Shown piece after piece: positions 36,482-47,394 of a DNA stretch of 64,000 nucleotides; position 1 is the first letter of the stretch, and each line of letters begins with the position of its first letter. A model generated the notes under the pieces. That model searched no databases and was not told the DNA's origin. It saw only the letters and a list, made by a program, of their open reading frames with translations. The stretch is taken from contig CAYSUK010000001.1 in the NCBI GenBank assembly GCA_964434265.1, forward strand, positions 240,391-304,390, given 5' to 3'. This DNA is from an uncultured Christensenella sp. Its GTDB lineage: Bacteria; Bacillota; Clostridia; Christensenellales; UBA1242. A program made the position numbers and the translations under genes.

Positions 36482-36585
36482 ACTTTAAATAATAATGTTA
36501 TTAGTTTGTCAAATATTAATGATTTCTTCCATTTTTTATATTTTATATAAATATAAAACTTGTGTCAAATGATTATGAGTACATT

Positions 36586-36619
36586 CAAAAAAGAAAAAAC
36601 TCCCTTAGTAGAGAGTTTT
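36586..36619 (-). terminator. Probable terminator after thioredoxin
   Basis: 7-bp stem AAAACTC (36596-36602)/GAGTTTT (36613-36619), U-rich tail on minus strand. Confidence 0.45.
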
Positions 36620-36938
36620 ACATGTATTGGTCAAACAATGCTTTTGATTGAGTAAGGTTTCTAAATCCCACAACCTTATCTATCTCAGCTCCGTCTTTAT
36701 AGAAAATCATAGTCGGAACACTCATAATGCCGTTTTGTTTGCAAAGTTTGTCGTTTTGGTCGACATCGACTTCGGCTATTTTGACATCTTTATATTTTGC
36801 ATCTTTCATTTGGTCAAATATCGCACTTTGCATACGACAAGGTCCGCACCAAGTTCCATAAAACTTGACTACTACAAGTTTGTCATAGTTTAGAACTTCT
36901 TTTTCAAAGTTTTGTTCGTTTATATCTACATGTATCAT
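36618..36938 (-). CDS. trxA: Thioredoxin
   Basis: 106 aa with WCGPC active site. Confidence 0.92.
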   Translation of the reverse strand: MIHVDINEQNFEKEVLNYDKLVVVKFYGTWCGPCRMQSAIFDQMKDAKYKDVKIAEVDVDQNDKLCKQNGIMSVPTMIFYKDGAEIDKVVGFRNLTQSKALFDQYM

Positions 36939-36972
36939 AACTATTCTCCTTTTTTAATATGTGCAAAAAACA

Positions 36973-37647
36973 TCATTTTATTAGGTCATTTACAACAACT
37001 GATGCCATAACACACCCACACATGGCTGGATAATATGCAATACTTCCCACAACACGGCCGCTTGAGATGCTATCTTGCGATGTAAATACAACTTGATGAT
37101 GCAAAACACCTTCTTCTTTGAGACGTTTGCGTAGTATCTTTGCAAGCCCATCATTGTGAGTATCAAAAATATCACAACAGTTAAACTCAGGCACTGAGTA
37201 TCTATTGCCTGCACCCATCGCACTAATGGATTTTACATTTAATCTATGACACTCTTTTATAAGTTCGATTTTGTCAGTAACTATATCAATCGCATCGACG
37301 ACATAATCATACTGACCCAAATCAAAGTCTGCGACATTCTCCTTGCAGACTTTTGTATTTAGAGTAGTCAATTTTAAGTCGGGATTTATATCCACCAAAC
37401 GTGCCTTAAATACGTCAGTTTTTGGACATCCCATAGTACTATGCAAAGCAATGATTTGGCGATTTATATTTGTACAATCGACGGTGTCAAAATCAACAAT
37501 AGTAAGTGAGCCTATTCCTGACCTAACAAGCATTTCTGCGACATATCCGCCCACTCCACCAAGACCAAAAACAATCACCTTTGAGTCTTTGAGTTTTTGT
37601 AATTTTTCAGGTCCAATAAGTAGTTCGGTGCGATCTAAAAATGACAT
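36973..37647 (-). CDS. tcdA: ThiF/MoeB-family tRNA threonylcarbamoyladenosine dehydratase (TcdA-like)
   Basis: 224 aa; VIVFGLGGVGGY nucleotide-binding loop, DFDTVDCTNINRQ motif. Confidence 0.8.
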   Translation of the reverse strand: MSFLDRTELLIGPEKLQKLKDSKVIVFGLGGVGGYVAEMLVRSGIGSLTIVDFDTVDCTNINRQIIALHSTMGCPKTDVFKARLVDINPDLKLTTLNTKVCKENVADFDLGQYDYVVDAIDIVTDKIELIKECHRLNVKSISAMGAGNRYSVPEFNCCDIFDTHNDGLAKILRKRLKEEGVLHHQVVFTSQDSISSGRVVGSIAYYPAMCGCVMASVVVNDLIK

Positions 37648-37648
37648 A

Positions 37649-38896
37649 CTAACCTCTCAAATAATCAAAAATTTCTTTTTGTCTAACAGTGTCTTGTGCT
37701 CCGGTTTGCATATTTCTAACAGTAAAGACCTTATTATTTATTTCGTCATCGCCGACAGTAATTACGTATTTTACATTTAGTTTGTCAGCGTATTTAAATT
37801 GGGCTTTTAGACTACGAAGCATAAGGTCCATTTCTACACAATATCCCTTATCTCTAAGTGTTTTTGCAAGACTAACTACAAACTCGTCGTTTTGTGTAGC
37901 ACTAGCGATGTAAATATCGACCTTATTGGGGTTTTCGATTTTTATACCTTTGCTTTCTAGATATAATAATAGTCTTTCAATACCTATTCCAAAGCCTATT
38001 ACTGGAGTGTCCTTACCACCTAGTTCGGCAATTAGATTGTTATAGCGACCACCACCGCCAAGTGCATTTTGTCCGAGTTTTTTGTCGTCATCGACAAACT
38101 CAAATACAATATTTGTATAGTAGTCGATACCACGGACAAGTTTTGGGTCTACTCTAAAATTAATTTCTTCTACAGATAGAAGGCGTTGTAGGTGGTCAAA
38201 ATGTTCTTTACATTCGTCACACAAACAATCTTCAATAGATGGGATATCACGCAAAATTGCCTTACATTCTTCACTCTTACAATCAAGCATGCGAAGCGGA
38301 TTTTGATTAAATCGGCGATTGCAATCTTCACACATTTCATTAAGGTGAGGTCGAGCATATTCGCGGATTATCTCAATATATTTTTTACGACAATCTGCAC
38401 AGCCAAGATTGTTTATACTTACTATTGGGTCAATACCAAAAGCACGATAAAACTCAGTCGCTATCATGATTGTTTCAACTTCAGAAAGTACCGAATTTGA
38501 ACCATACATTTCAAGTCCAAATTGGTGGTGTTGTCTAAGTCTGCCTGCTTGTGGTCTTTCATATCTAAAGCATGGTGTAATATAAAACATTTTGAGTGGC
38601 ATTGTTTCGTTAAAAAGTCCGTTTTCGATAAAACTACGTGCAACCCCGGCTGTTCCTTCTGGTTTTAATGTAATTGAGCGGTTTCCCTTGTCTAGAAAGG
38701 TGTACATCTCCTTGTTTACGATGTCACTCGACTCACCTACACCGCGTACAAAAAGTTCGGTGTGTTCAAACATCGGTGTGCGGATTTCTTTAAGATTGTA
38801 TTTACGGGCTATATCATAAGCAACTTCTTGCACTTTTTGCCATTTATAACTCTCGCTTGGCAATATGTCTTTTGTCCCTTTTGGAATATTTATCAT
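37649..38896 (-). CDS. hisS: Histidyl-tRNA synthetase
   Basis: 415 aa; PKGTKDILP, class II motifs (FRYERPQAGRLRQHHQFG, GGGRYNNL). Confidence 0.96.
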   Translation of the reverse strand: MINIPKGTKDILPSESYKWQKVQEVAYDIARKYNLKEIRTPMFEHTELFVRGVGESSDIVNKEMYTFLDKGNRSITLKPEGTAGVARSFIENGLFNETMPLKMFYITPCFRYERPQAGRLRQHHQFGLEMYGSNSVLSEVETIMIATEFYRAFGIDPIVSINNLGCADCRKKYIEIIREYARPHLNEMCEDCNRRFNQNPLRMLDCKSEECKAILRDIPSIEDCLCDECKEHFDHLQRLLSVEEINFRVDPKLVRGIDYYTNIVFEFVDDDKKLGQNALGGGGRYNNLIAELGGKDTPVIGFGIGIERLLLYLESKGIKIENPNKVDIYIASATQNDEFVVSLAKTLRDKGYCVEMDLMLRSLKAQFKYADKLNVKYVITVGDDEINNKVFTVRNMQTGAQDTVRQKEIFDYLRG

Positions 38897-38907
38897 AATT
38901 TCTCCTA

Positions 38908-40221
38908 TTAGATAATGTATCTACTCAAATCGTATTTTTTAGTAGTATCTTTTAATGCATTGTTTACATACTTTTCATCAACTACAACATCCATAACTGG
39001 GTGTGTGCCATTTGCATTAAAGGATATGTCTTCAAGAACAAGTTCTAGTATATTATGCAATCTTCTTGCACCAAGATTTTCGCTTGTTTCGTTTTCATTT
39101 TCCGCAACTTCACTTATGCGTTTGAGAGCATCTGGTGTAAACGATAAGTTTATATTGTCTACACTAAGAAGTTGGGCATATTGTAAAGTAAGGGCATTTT
39201 TCGGAACAGTCAATATCTTGTAAAAATCGTCCTTATTTAGGTTTTGGAGTTCGACCCTAATAGGGAAACGTCCTTGGAATTCTGGAATCAAATCTTCTAT
39301 TTTACTAACATGGAATGCACCTGCAGCAATAAACAAAATATAATCTGTCTTAATTACGCCATATTTTGTCGTAACCGTACTACCTTCGACAAGTGGCAAA
39401 ATATCTCTTTGCACACCTTCTCTACTTACATCTGGTCCTTTGCTAGCACCTTTGCCAGCAATTTTGTCGATTTCATCAATAAAGATAATGCCTTCTTGCT
39501 CAGCACGACGAATGGCTTCACTATTTAGACTGTCAGTGTCGATAAGTTTGTCACTCTCTTCTGCCATAAGCATGTCAATAGCCTTTGCTACTGTCATTTT
39601 CTTTTTGTGTCGACTTTGTGGAAATATACTACCCAACACATTTTGGAAATCAATATCAGGACCCATGTTTGTCATAAGCCCAATAGGCTTTGCTTGTTCG
39701 GCTATTGACAATTCTACTACATCATTATCACATTTTCCAGCATCAACATCTGCATATAGTTGTTTTTTAAAATCTTCGTCGGACATCTCTTCAGGTTTTG
39801 CAAGTTTTTTAACTGGATACAATACATCAACAATTTTATTTATGACATTTGCACGAGCTTTTACCTTTACTTCTTGTACTTTTTCTTCTTTTACAAGTCT
39901 GATCGAAACATCTACTAAGTCTCTTATCATGCTTTCGCAGTCACGTCCAACATAACCAACTTCGGTAAATTTTGTCGCTTCAACCTTTACAAAAGGCGCT
40001 TTGACAAGTTTTGCTAGACGTCTAGCAATCTCAGTTTTGCCGACACCAGTAGGTCCTTGCATAATGATGTTTTTAGGTGTTATTTCATCACGCATTTCCT
40101 TTGGAAGTTTGCTTCTTCTATAACGATTTCTAAGTGCAATAGCAACTGCTTTTTTCGCATTTGATTGACCAATGATATATTTATCAAGTTCGGTCACTAT
40201 TTGTTTTGGTGATAAATCCAT
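38908..40221 (-). CDS. hslU: ATP-dependent protease ATPase subunit HslU
   Basis: Start trimmed to ATG 40221 (MDLSPKQIVTELDKYIIGQ); Walker A GPTGVGKTEIARRLA; GAGGAGG SD. Confidence 0.95.
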   Translation of the reverse strand: MDLSPKQIVTELDKYIIGQSNAKKAVAIALRNRYRRSKLPKEMRDEITPKNIIMQGPTGVGKTEIARRLAKLVKAPFVKVEATKFTEVGYVGRDCESMIRDLVDVSIRLVKEEKVQEVKVKARANVINKIVDVLYPVKKLAKPEEMSDEDFKKQLYADVDAGKCDNDVVELSIAEQAKPIGLMTNMGPDIDFQNVLGSIFPQSRHKKKMTVAKAIDMLMAEESDKLIDTDSLNSEAIRRAEQEGIIFIDEIDKIAGKGASKGPDVSREGVQRDILPLVEGSTVTTKYGVIKTDYILFIAAGAFHVSKIEDLIPEFQGRFPIRVELQNLNKDDFYKILTVPKNALTLQYAQLLSVDNINLSFTPDALKRISEVAENENETSENLGARRLHNILELVLEDISFNANGTHPVMDVVVDEKYVNNALKDTTKKYDLSRYII

Positions 40222-40222
40222 A

Positions 40223-40756
40223 TTAGACCTCCTCACAAGTGATATGATGATTTGTATAAACGCAAATATCACCTGCTATTTCTATACATTTAATAGCAAT
40301 TTCACGAGCTGACAAATCAGTATTGTCGATAAGTGCACGACCAGCTGCAAGAGCATAATTTCCGCCGCTACCAATAGCCACAACATTATTTTCAGGTTCG
40401 ATTACTTCGCCATTACCCGAAACCATAAGAAGTTTGTGCTCATCAGCAACAATCATAAGTGCGTCCAATTTACGCATATATTTGTCGTCACGAAATCCGA
40501 TAGCAATCTCAACAGCGCTACGCATAAGATTTCCACTAAATTTTTGTAGCAATTCTTCAAAACGAGCTGACAAAGCAAATGCATCTGCAACAGAACCAGC
40601 AAATCCAATAATAACTCGGTCGTTGTAGATACGTCTAACTTTTACAGCATTGCCTTTCATAATAACGTGTTCGCCGACAGTAACTTGTCCATCGCCAGCA
40701 ACAGCAGTTTTACCATTTTTCTTGATCGCAACAATTGTTGTACCTCTAAATTCCAT
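40223..40756 (-). CDS. hslV: ATP-dependent protease subunit HslV
   Basis: 177 aa; N-terminal GTTIVAIK (Thr nucleophile) motif. Confidence 0.95.
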   Translation of the reverse strand: MEFRGTTIVAIKKNGKTAVAGDGQVTVGEHVIMKGNAVKVRRIYNDRVIIGFAGSVADAFALSARFEELLQKFSGNLMRSAVEIAIGFRDDKYMRKLDALMIVADEHKLLMVSGNGEVIEPENNVVAIGSGGNYALAAGRALIDNTDLSAREIAIKCIEIAGDICVYTNHHITCEEV

Positions 40757-40806
40757 ATTAACTCCTTTATTTTGCTTATTATATCATAACCATTTTGTTA
40801 TTACAA

Positions 40807-42129
40807 CTAAACTATCAAATTGTTTTTTGCAATATCGTCCAATATACATTGTTTTGATAGTTCGTACAACTTTAGATTTTTCTCTTTTTTGTCCCTTATA
40901 TGTGCATACTCGCCAAGATTTATAAGCCCCATATTACTACTCATAGGCTGAAATGATTTTGGCTCGGCATTTGAGATATAATGTGAAAGTGCTCCTATCA
41001 TAGTGTGTGTATCCCATAGTATCTCGTTTTCACCCGACATAATGCGTGCCATATTTATGCCACAAACAAGTCCGCTAGCTATACTCTCGATGTATCCTTC
41101 TACCCCACTTAATTGACCAGCAATAAAAATATTTGGGTGGTTTTTGAGTCTATAGTTTTTGAGTGACATGGGTGCATTTATGTAAGTATTTCTATGCATT
41201 GTGCCATATCGCAAAAACTCAGCATTTTTTAGTCCCGGGATAAGCGAGAAAATACGTTTTTGCTCGGGATATGTAAGATTTGTCTGAAATCCAACCATAT
41301 TGTAAAAGTCGTTTTGAGTAGTTTCTCTGCGAAGTTGGACAACTGCATATGGTCTACGGCCAGTATGCGAGTCAGTAATTCCGACAGGTTTTAGCGGGCC
41401 AAAACGCATTGTATCGACACCACGTTTTGCAAGCACTTCAATGGGCATACAACCTTCAAAAACTTTGTTGTTTTCAAAGTCGTGTAGTTTGACAATCTCG
41501 CCATTTACAAGTGCATCATGAAATGCAAGATACTCGTCTTTTTCAAATGGCAAGTTTATATAATCGCTTGTTCCTTTATCGTATCTATCACCCATAAATG
41601 CGATATTAAAGTCTATCGAATCAAAATTTACAATAGGTGCTATTGCATCAAAGAAATAAAGATATTCGCCACCCACTAGTCTTTTAATCTCATCGCTAAG
41701 GCCATCACTTGTGAGTGGACCTGTAGCGATAATAGTAGGACGAGTCTCATCGATAGAAGTAACTTCTCCTTGAATAAGATTGAAGTCTTTATACTCTTTT
41801 AGTTTTGCTGTGACAAGTGCACTAAAGTCATCTCGATTAACGGCAAGAGCATTACCTGCCGGAACGCTTGTAGCATCTGCACATTTAATCACAAGCGAGT
41901 CGAGCAATCGAAGTTCGTTTTTGAGTACTCCGCCTGCCGTCGTAGGCAAATCACTTTTAAGACTATTACTACATACAAGCTCGCACAAGTTTGGGTTTTT
42001 ATGGGCTGGGGAGAACTTTTGCGGTTTCATTTCATACATATCTACCGCAAAACCACGTTTGAGTAGTTGATAACTTGCTTCACAACCCGCAAGTCCCCCG
42101 CCGATAATGCTAATTTTGGGTTTGGTCAT
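40807..42129 (-). CDS. trmFO: Folate-dependent tRNA (U54) methyltransferase TrmFO
   Basis: 440 aa; IIGGGLAGCEA FAD loop; position after topA as in Bacillus. Confidence 0.93.
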   Translation of the reverse strand: MTKPKISIIGGGLAGCEASYQLLKRGFAVDMYEMKPQKFSPAHKNPNLCELVCSNSLKSDLPTTAGGVLKNELRLLDSLVIKCADATSVPAGNALAVNRDDFSALVTAKLKEYKDFNLIQGEVTSIDETRPTIIATGPLTSDGLSDEIKRLVGGEYLYFFDAIAPIVNFDSIDFNIAFMGDRYDKGTSDYINLPFEKDEYLAFHDALVNGEIVKLHDFENNKVFEGCMPIEVLAKRGVDTMRFGPLKPVGITDSHTGRRPYAVVQLRRETTQNDFYNMVGFQTNLTYPEQKRIFSLIPGLKNAEFLRYGTMHRNTYINAPMSLKNYRLKNHPNIFIAGQLSGVEGYIESIASGLVCGINMARIMSGENEILWDTHTMIGALSHYISNAEPKSFQPMSSNMGLINLGEYAHIRDKKEKNLKLYELSKQCILDDIAKNNLIV

Positions 42130-44254
42130 CAGTATCAGTTTTTTCCTTTTCTTGTTTTTGTATTTTTACATACTCAGTGTAATCACATTTGTCATTACTA
42201 CATTTCTTTCGAATGTTTGAACCCATCTTTTTGCCCGTCAAATAACTATTGCATTTTGGGCATTTTTCTTCAAGTGGTGCTTCCCACGAAACAAAGTCAC
42301 ATTCGGGATATCCACTACAACCAAAGAAAGTGTTTCCCTTTTTGCTAGTTTTTTCATACACGGGTTTGCCGCATTTTGGACAAATTCCCGCTTGTTTTTG
42401 CATACTCATGATGTTTTTGCAATTTGGATAATTGCTACAAGCCAAAAACTCGCCGTATTTGCCAGTACGTATAACCATCTCGCTTCCACATTTGTCACAT
42501 TTGATGTCTGTAGGTTTAGGTGGAATTTTAAATTTTGTGCTATCGTGGTCTGCCCCATTTAGTTGTTTGACAAAATCTTTATAAAACTCGCTTACAAAGT
42601 CTTGCCATGCAATACCTTCTTCGGCTACCTTATCAAGTTTTTCTTCCATGTCAGCAGTAAATTTTGTATCTGCTATGGTATCGAAATACTTCACCATAAA
42701 GTCGTTTACATGTTCGCCAAGCTCGGTAGGTTTTATCGCCTTGCCTTCTTTTTCGATATATTTACGACCGCTAAGTGTAGAAATTGTAGGAGTGTATGTC
42801 GCTGGACGACCTATACCCTTATCTTCCATCTCTTTTACAATAGTTGCTTCGGTGTATCTTGGTAGTGGCTTTGTAAATTTTTGTGTAGGAACAAGTTCGT
42901 TTATTTTCAAAACATCGCCAGTAGCAAGCGGTGGAAGTTTTGCATTTGTTCCTTCTTCTTCATCATCTGTACTTGTATCTTTTTTCTTTTTACCTAGGTC
43001 ATATAGTTTTGTAAAACCATCAAAAACGGTAGTTTTGCCAGATGCCTTAAATTCGTAATCACCATTCTCGATTTGTGCAACAACTTGGTCATATTCGGCA
43101 TCTGCCATCTGGCAAGCCAAAAATTTTGTATAAATCATATTGTAAAGTTTGTAGTTGTCGGGTGACAAAAATGGCTTTACGCTCTCAGGAGTCCTTTCAA
43201 TATGGATAGGTCTTATAGCTTCATGGGCGTCTTGTGCATTTGACTTGGTCTTATACACATTTGGTGTACTTGGAAGATACTTCTCTCCAAAGTTTTCTGC
43301 GATGTATTTACGAGCCATTGTGATTGACTCAGGACTAAGTCTTACAGAGTCAGTACGGATATATGTTACGAGTGCGACTTTGCCTTCGCCTTTTATCTCT
43401 ACACCTTCATACAATTCTTGGGCACATGCTGTTGTCTTTTTAAGGGACATGCCGAGTTTGTTTAAAGCATCTTGTTGCATCGTTGATGTAGTATATGGTG
43501 GAGTTGGATGCGATTTTGTAAGTGACTTTTTGACATTGCCTACTACAAAACTACCCGCTTTAAGTTCTGCCAAGGTCTCATCCATTTGTTCTTTGTTTTG
43601 AATTGTTACCTTTTTACCTTTCTTTTTAGTAAGTGACGCTTTGAATGTATCCTTCTCTGAAAAGTTATATAGTTTTGCAACTAGCGACCAATACTCTTCG
43701 CTCTTAAAGTTTTTGATTTCATTTTCACGGTCTACGATAAGTTTGAGTGTAGCACTTTGAACTCTGCCGGCCGATAGTTTTGGTTGGATTTTGCGGCATA
43801 GTATAGGCGATATTTTATAACCTACAAGTCTATCTAGTACCCTACGTGCTTGTTGGGCATTTACAAGATTGATATCTATTCCACGCGGATTTTCAAGTCC
43901 CTTTGTGACAGCATTTTTACTAATTTCATTAAATACGATACGAATAGGGTCATTGATATTTAGGTCAAGAATATTACACAAGTGCCAACTTATAGCTTCT
44001 CCTTCTCTATCAGGGTCGGTCGCGAGATATATACGGTCAGCCTTGCTTGCCTTTTCGCGTAGCATCTTAACAATATCTTTCTTATCAGAAATAATCTCGT
44101 ATTGTGGCTTAAAATTGTCTAGTACATTTACTGCAAGTAGATTTGACGGCAAATCTCTTACGTGTCCTTTTGTCGCAACAACTTCATAGTCGCTTCCAAG
44201 ATATTTTTTGATGGTGTCTTTTTTACCAACACCCTCTATAATAACTAAATTCAT
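42110..44254 (-). CDS. topA: DNA topoisomerase I
   Basis: 714 aa; Toprim N-terminus, YIRTDS active-site Tyr context, C-terminal Zn-ribbon repeats (CxxC). Confidence 0.96.
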   Translation of the reverse strand: MNLVIIEGVGKKDTIKKYLGSDYEVVATKGHVRDLPSNLLAVNVLDNFKPQYEIISDKKDIVKMLREKASKADRIYLATDPDREGEAISWHLCNILDLNINDPIRIVFNEISKNAVTKGLENPRGIDINLVNAQQARRVLDRLVGYKISPILCRKIQPKLSAGRVQSATLKLIVDRENEIKNFKSEEYWSLVAKLYNFSEKDTFKASLTKKKGKKVTIQNKEQMDETLAELKAGSFVVGNVKKSLTKSHPTPPYTTSTMQQDALNKLGMSLKKTTACAQELYEGVEIKGEGKVALVTYIRTDSVRLSPESITMARKYIAENFGEKYLPSTPNVYKTKSNAQDAHEAIRPIHIERTPESVKPFLSPDNYKLYNMIYTKFLACQMADAEYDQVVAQIENGDYEFKASGKTTVFDGFTKLYDLGKKKKDTSTDDEEEGTNAKLPPLATGDVLKINELVPTQKFTKPLPRYTEATIVKEMEDKGIGRPATYTPTISTLSGRKYIEKEGKAIKPTELGEHVNDFMVKYFDTIADTKFTADMEEKLDKVAEEGIAWQDFVSEFYKDFVKQLNGADHDSTKFKIPPKPTDIKCDKCGSEMVIRTGKYGEFLACSNYPNCKNIMSMQKQAGICPKCGKPVYEKTSKKGNTFFGCSGYPECDFVSWEAPLEEKCPKCNSYLTGKKMGSNIRKKCSNDKCDYTEYVKIQKQEKEKTDTDDQTQN

Positions 44255-44263
44255 TATGTCTCC

Positions 44264-45349
44264 TTATTTTCTATAATAATTCCCAGGAAGTTTTTGTACT
44301 ACACCTTTAAGTTCGAGTCGCATGAGTAGTGTGCTGAGTCTTTTAGGCTCAATTTTGAGTCTGGACACAAGTTCTTCATAGTGCACTTCATCATTTTTTA
44401 GTGCATCGATGATCATTTGCTCTTCCATGGAAAGTTGTTCCATAACAACGGCTGTTTTGGTCGTTTCTTTACCAAACGAACGTATGATTTCGTCAGCATC
44501 TAGCACCATACTGCTTTGGCAATTTTTAATAACCATGTTACAACCTTTGCTATATATGTCAGTAATTCTACCCGGCACTACAAAAAGATCACGATTGTTT
44601 TCAAGTGCATATTCTTTTGTGTGCATACTACCGCTTTTCTCAGTAGCTTCGGTGATGAGCACACCTTGACATATGCCCGCAACAATTCGATTGCGTGCTG
44701 GGAAGTAATATCTTTGTGGTTTTGTATTTGGTTTGTATTCACTAATAAGTAGTCCGCCACTAGACAAAATCTTTTCTGCCAGTGGTGTATTTGTGGCTGG
44801 ATAAATGTTGTTTAGTCCGCCACCTAACACTGCAATGGTTTTGCCACCCACTTCAAGGCATGCACTATGTGCGACAGAATCGACACCATCACACAACCCA
44901 CTCACAATTGTGATGCCCGCTTTAGCGATCTCACGAGTAAACATAGCTGTGACGTCTTTGCCATATCTAGTGCATCGACGCGTACCCACAACAGCCAAGC
45001 ATGGCGAGTTTAGAAGTTCGGTATTTCCTTTGCAATACAACATGATTGGTGGACTAATTGTTTCTCTTAACAACTTACTATATTTGTCAGACACAATTGA
45101 CACAAATTTTATATCTTGGTCGTCGAAATTTTTAATATAGTTGTTTATAAAATTTTCATCATGAGCAAAACTCATTTTTTCATATGTAGCATCGTCAATT
45201 ATATTTAAAATGCTGACTTTATCTTTATCCCAATTGTTCCATAAATCCAATACATTAGGATAAAGTTCGATGAGTTGGTGCAACTTTTTAAGGCTTATGC
45301 TATCAAATATACTAAGCCAAATAAGTACTTTTTCTTCTTTACTATACAT
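44264..45349 (-). CDS. dprA: DNA-processing protein DprA/Smf
   Basis: Track start 45361 is TTG; ATG at 45349 preferred; AVVGTRRCTRYG...GLCDGVDS Rossmann core. Confidence 0.9.
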   Translation of the reverse strand: MYSKEEKVLIWLSIFDSISLKKLHQLIELYPNVLDLWNNWDKDKVSILNIIDDATYEKMSFAHDENFINNYIKNFDDQDIKFVSIVSDKYSKLLRETISPPIMLYCKGNTELLNSPCLAVVGTRRCTRYGKDVTAMFTREIAKAGITIVSGLCDGVDSVAHSACLEVGGKTIAVLGGGLNNIYPATNTPLAEKILSSGGLLISEYKPNTKPQRYYFPARNRIVAGICQGVLITEATEKSGSMHTKEYALENNRDLFVVPGRITDIYSKGCNMVIKNCQSSMVLDADEIIRSFGKETTKTAVVMEQLSMEEQMIIDALKNDEVHYEELVSRLKIEPKRLSTLLMRLELKGVVQKLPGNYYRK

Positions 45350-45351
45350 AA

Positions 45352-46884
45352 CTAATTCCAATATTTTTTATCAAGTGTGCGATATGATATCGCTTCTATA
45401 ATATGGTCGTCAGTAATATTTTCACTTCCTTCCAAATCGGCAATTGTACGCGCAACTTTAAGTATACGATTATATGCCCTTGCACTAAGGTTAAGCTTTT
45501 CAAATGCACCACGAAGTAGTGTATCACTTTCAAAACTCAATTTGCAATATTGTTTGAGTTGTTGGTCGTCCATCTTAGCATTTGAATAGTTGTTGCTTCC
45601 GCTATAACGACTGAGTTGAACTTCACGGGCTTTATCGACACGCTTTTTAATCTCTTCACTAGTCTCTTCAAAAACAGTCGAAGTAAGGTCATTATACGTA
45701 ACATTATCCACTTCAATATGCATATCAATACGGTCCATAAGTGGTCCACTGAGTTTGTTTAGATACTTGTGAATTTGTTGGGGAGTGCACTTACACTCTT
45801 TTGTTTTACTGCCATAATTTCCACATGGACATGGGTTCATACTTGCAATAAGCATAAAATTTGCTGGATACTCAACTGTATTTTCAAGTCGAGTAATATT
45901 TATGACGCCATCTTCAAGTGGCTGACGTAAAGTTTCGAGCGACTGACGTGAGTATTCTGGAAGTTCGTCCAAAAACAATACGCCATTATGCGAAAGACTG
46001 ACTTCGCCTGGTTTTGCATATCGCCCACCACCTGTAAGTGAAATAGTCGTAGCAGTATGGTGTGGCGAACGGAATGGTCTATTTGTAATAATTCCTTCTT
46101 TACTATCAAGCACACCTGCTATGCTATGTATTTTTGTTACTTCTAAAGCTTCACTAAATGTAAGTTCGGGAAGTATAGATGGAAAACATTTTGCAAGCAT
46201 TGTTTTACCACTACCTGGCGGACCTATCATGAGCACATTATGTCCACCTGCGGCAGCTATCTCCAATGCGCGTTTTGCACTGTTTTGACCCTTTACATAT
46301 TTAAAATCGTTTGTTTTACTATACTTTTTCTTAGCAGATGCAAAATCACTTTGCTTTGTAGGCAATATTTCTTTTTCACCTTTCAAAAAACCAACTGTTT
46401 CTTCAAGTGATGAAACAGCATATATTTCCATTCCTTCGATAAAACTGGCTTCAATTTCGTTTTCTTTTGGAATTATAACCTTTTTATATCCCGCTTCTCT
46501 TGCCGCGATAAGGATAGGCAAAACACCATTTACATGTCGCAAATCGCCATCAAGACTGAGTTCGCCAAGGAAAATAAAATCCTTTGAAAGACTTACGTCT
46601 ATTTGCTCAGATGCTGACAATATGCCAATCGCAATAGCTAGGTCATAAAGCGGACCTTCTTTTTTTGTATCAGCGGGCGCAAGATTTACGATAATTTTTA
46701 ATATGGGATATTTAAAACCACTATTTTTAATGGCGCTTCTTACACGTTCTTTACTTTCTTTGATTGAAGTTCCGACCAATCCAACAATGTCATATGCTGG
46801 CAATCCTTGATTTATATCCACTTCAACCTTAATTAGATATCCGTCTATTCCATTTAGACCAAAGCTCTTAGTGATAGATAACAT
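45352..46884 (-). CDS. yifB: YifB/ComM-family Mg-chelatase-like AAA+ ATPase
   Basis: ~510 aa; Lon-like N-domain, Walker A GPPGSGKTMLA, Walker B GVLFLDELPE. Confidence 0.9.
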   Translation of the reverse strand: MLSITKSFGLNGIDGYLIKVEVDINQGLPAYDIVGLVGTSIKESKERVRSAIKNSGFKYPILKIIVNLAPADTKKEGPLYDLAIAIGILSASEQIDVSLSKDFIFLGELSLDGDLRHVNGVLPILIAAREAGYKKVIIPKENEIEASFIEGMEIYAVSSLEETVGFLKGEKEILPTKQSDFASAKKKYSKTNDFKYVKGQNSAKRALEIAAAGGHNVLMIGPPGSGKTMLAKCFPSILPELTFSEALEVTKIHSIAGVLDSKEGIITNRPFRSPHHTATTISLTGGGRYAKPGEVSLSHNGVLFLDELPEYSRQSLETLRQPLEDGVINITRLENTVEYPANFMLIASMNPCPCGNYGSKTKECKCTPQQIHKYLNKLSGPLMDRIDMHIEVDNVTYNDLTSTVFEETSEEIKKRVDKAREVQLSRYSGSNNYSNAKMDDQQLKQYCKLSFESDTLLRGAFEKLNLSARAYNRILKVARTIADLEGSENITDDHIIEAISYRTLDKKYWN

Positions 46885-47009
46885 TTTCACCTCACAATTA
46901 TATTTTATTATAATACCTTTTGTGTTTTAATCCAAACAATTTAAAACCATTTGTATATATAAATTATTATATAATATATAATAAGCGGCTTGGATAACTT
47001 GTTTTATAA

Positions 47010-47046
47010 AAAACAAACAAAAAAAGACACCGCATTTGCGATGTCA
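47010..47046 (-). terminator. Rho-independent terminator after rplS
   Basis: 9-bp stem 47027-47035/47038-47046 (one G-U on minus strand), then long U-rich run. Confidence 0.65.
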
Positions 47047-47052
47047 ATAATG

Positions 47053-47394
47053 TTATTTCTTTTCTTTAATTTTTGCAGCTTTACCAGACAAATCACGAAG
47101 ATAGTACAATTTTGCACGTCTAACTTTACCATGTTTAACTACTTCAATTTTGTCTACTCTTGGCGAATGGATAGGGAATGTTTTTTCCACACCTACACCA
47201 AAAGAAACACGTCTAACTGTAAAAGTCTCTCTAACGCTAGAGTTTTTTCTAGCGATTACGATACCTTCAAAAACTTGAATACGTTCTCTAGTACCTTCTA
47301 CAATTTTGTTGTATACTTTGACAGTATCTCCAACTGCGAACTCAGGTACTTCTGGTTTTAGATTTTCTCTTTCTAGTGCTTGAATAATTGTCAT
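47053..47394 (-). CDS. rplS: 50S ribosomal protein L19
   Basis: Start trimmed to ATG 47394 (MTIIQALE...) with GGAGGT SD; FAVGDTVKV...RIQVFEG pattern. Confidence 0.96.
   Translation of the reverse strand: MTIIQALERENLKPEVPEFAVGDTVKVYNKIVEGTRERIQVFEGIVIARKNSSVRETFTVRRVSFGVGVEKTFPIHSPRVDKIEVVKHGKVRRAKLYYLRDLSGKAAKIKEKK

Noticed and set aside
36473-36512. Possible leaderless mRNA for the LRR giant (TTGACA-17-TTTAAA, ATG 8 nt after the -10; no SD)
   Set aside because: The -10 candidate TTTAAA lacks the conserved A2 and T6, and the true start (GTG 36481, ATG 36475 or downstream ATG) is unresolved. The evidence is too weak to claim without TSS data.
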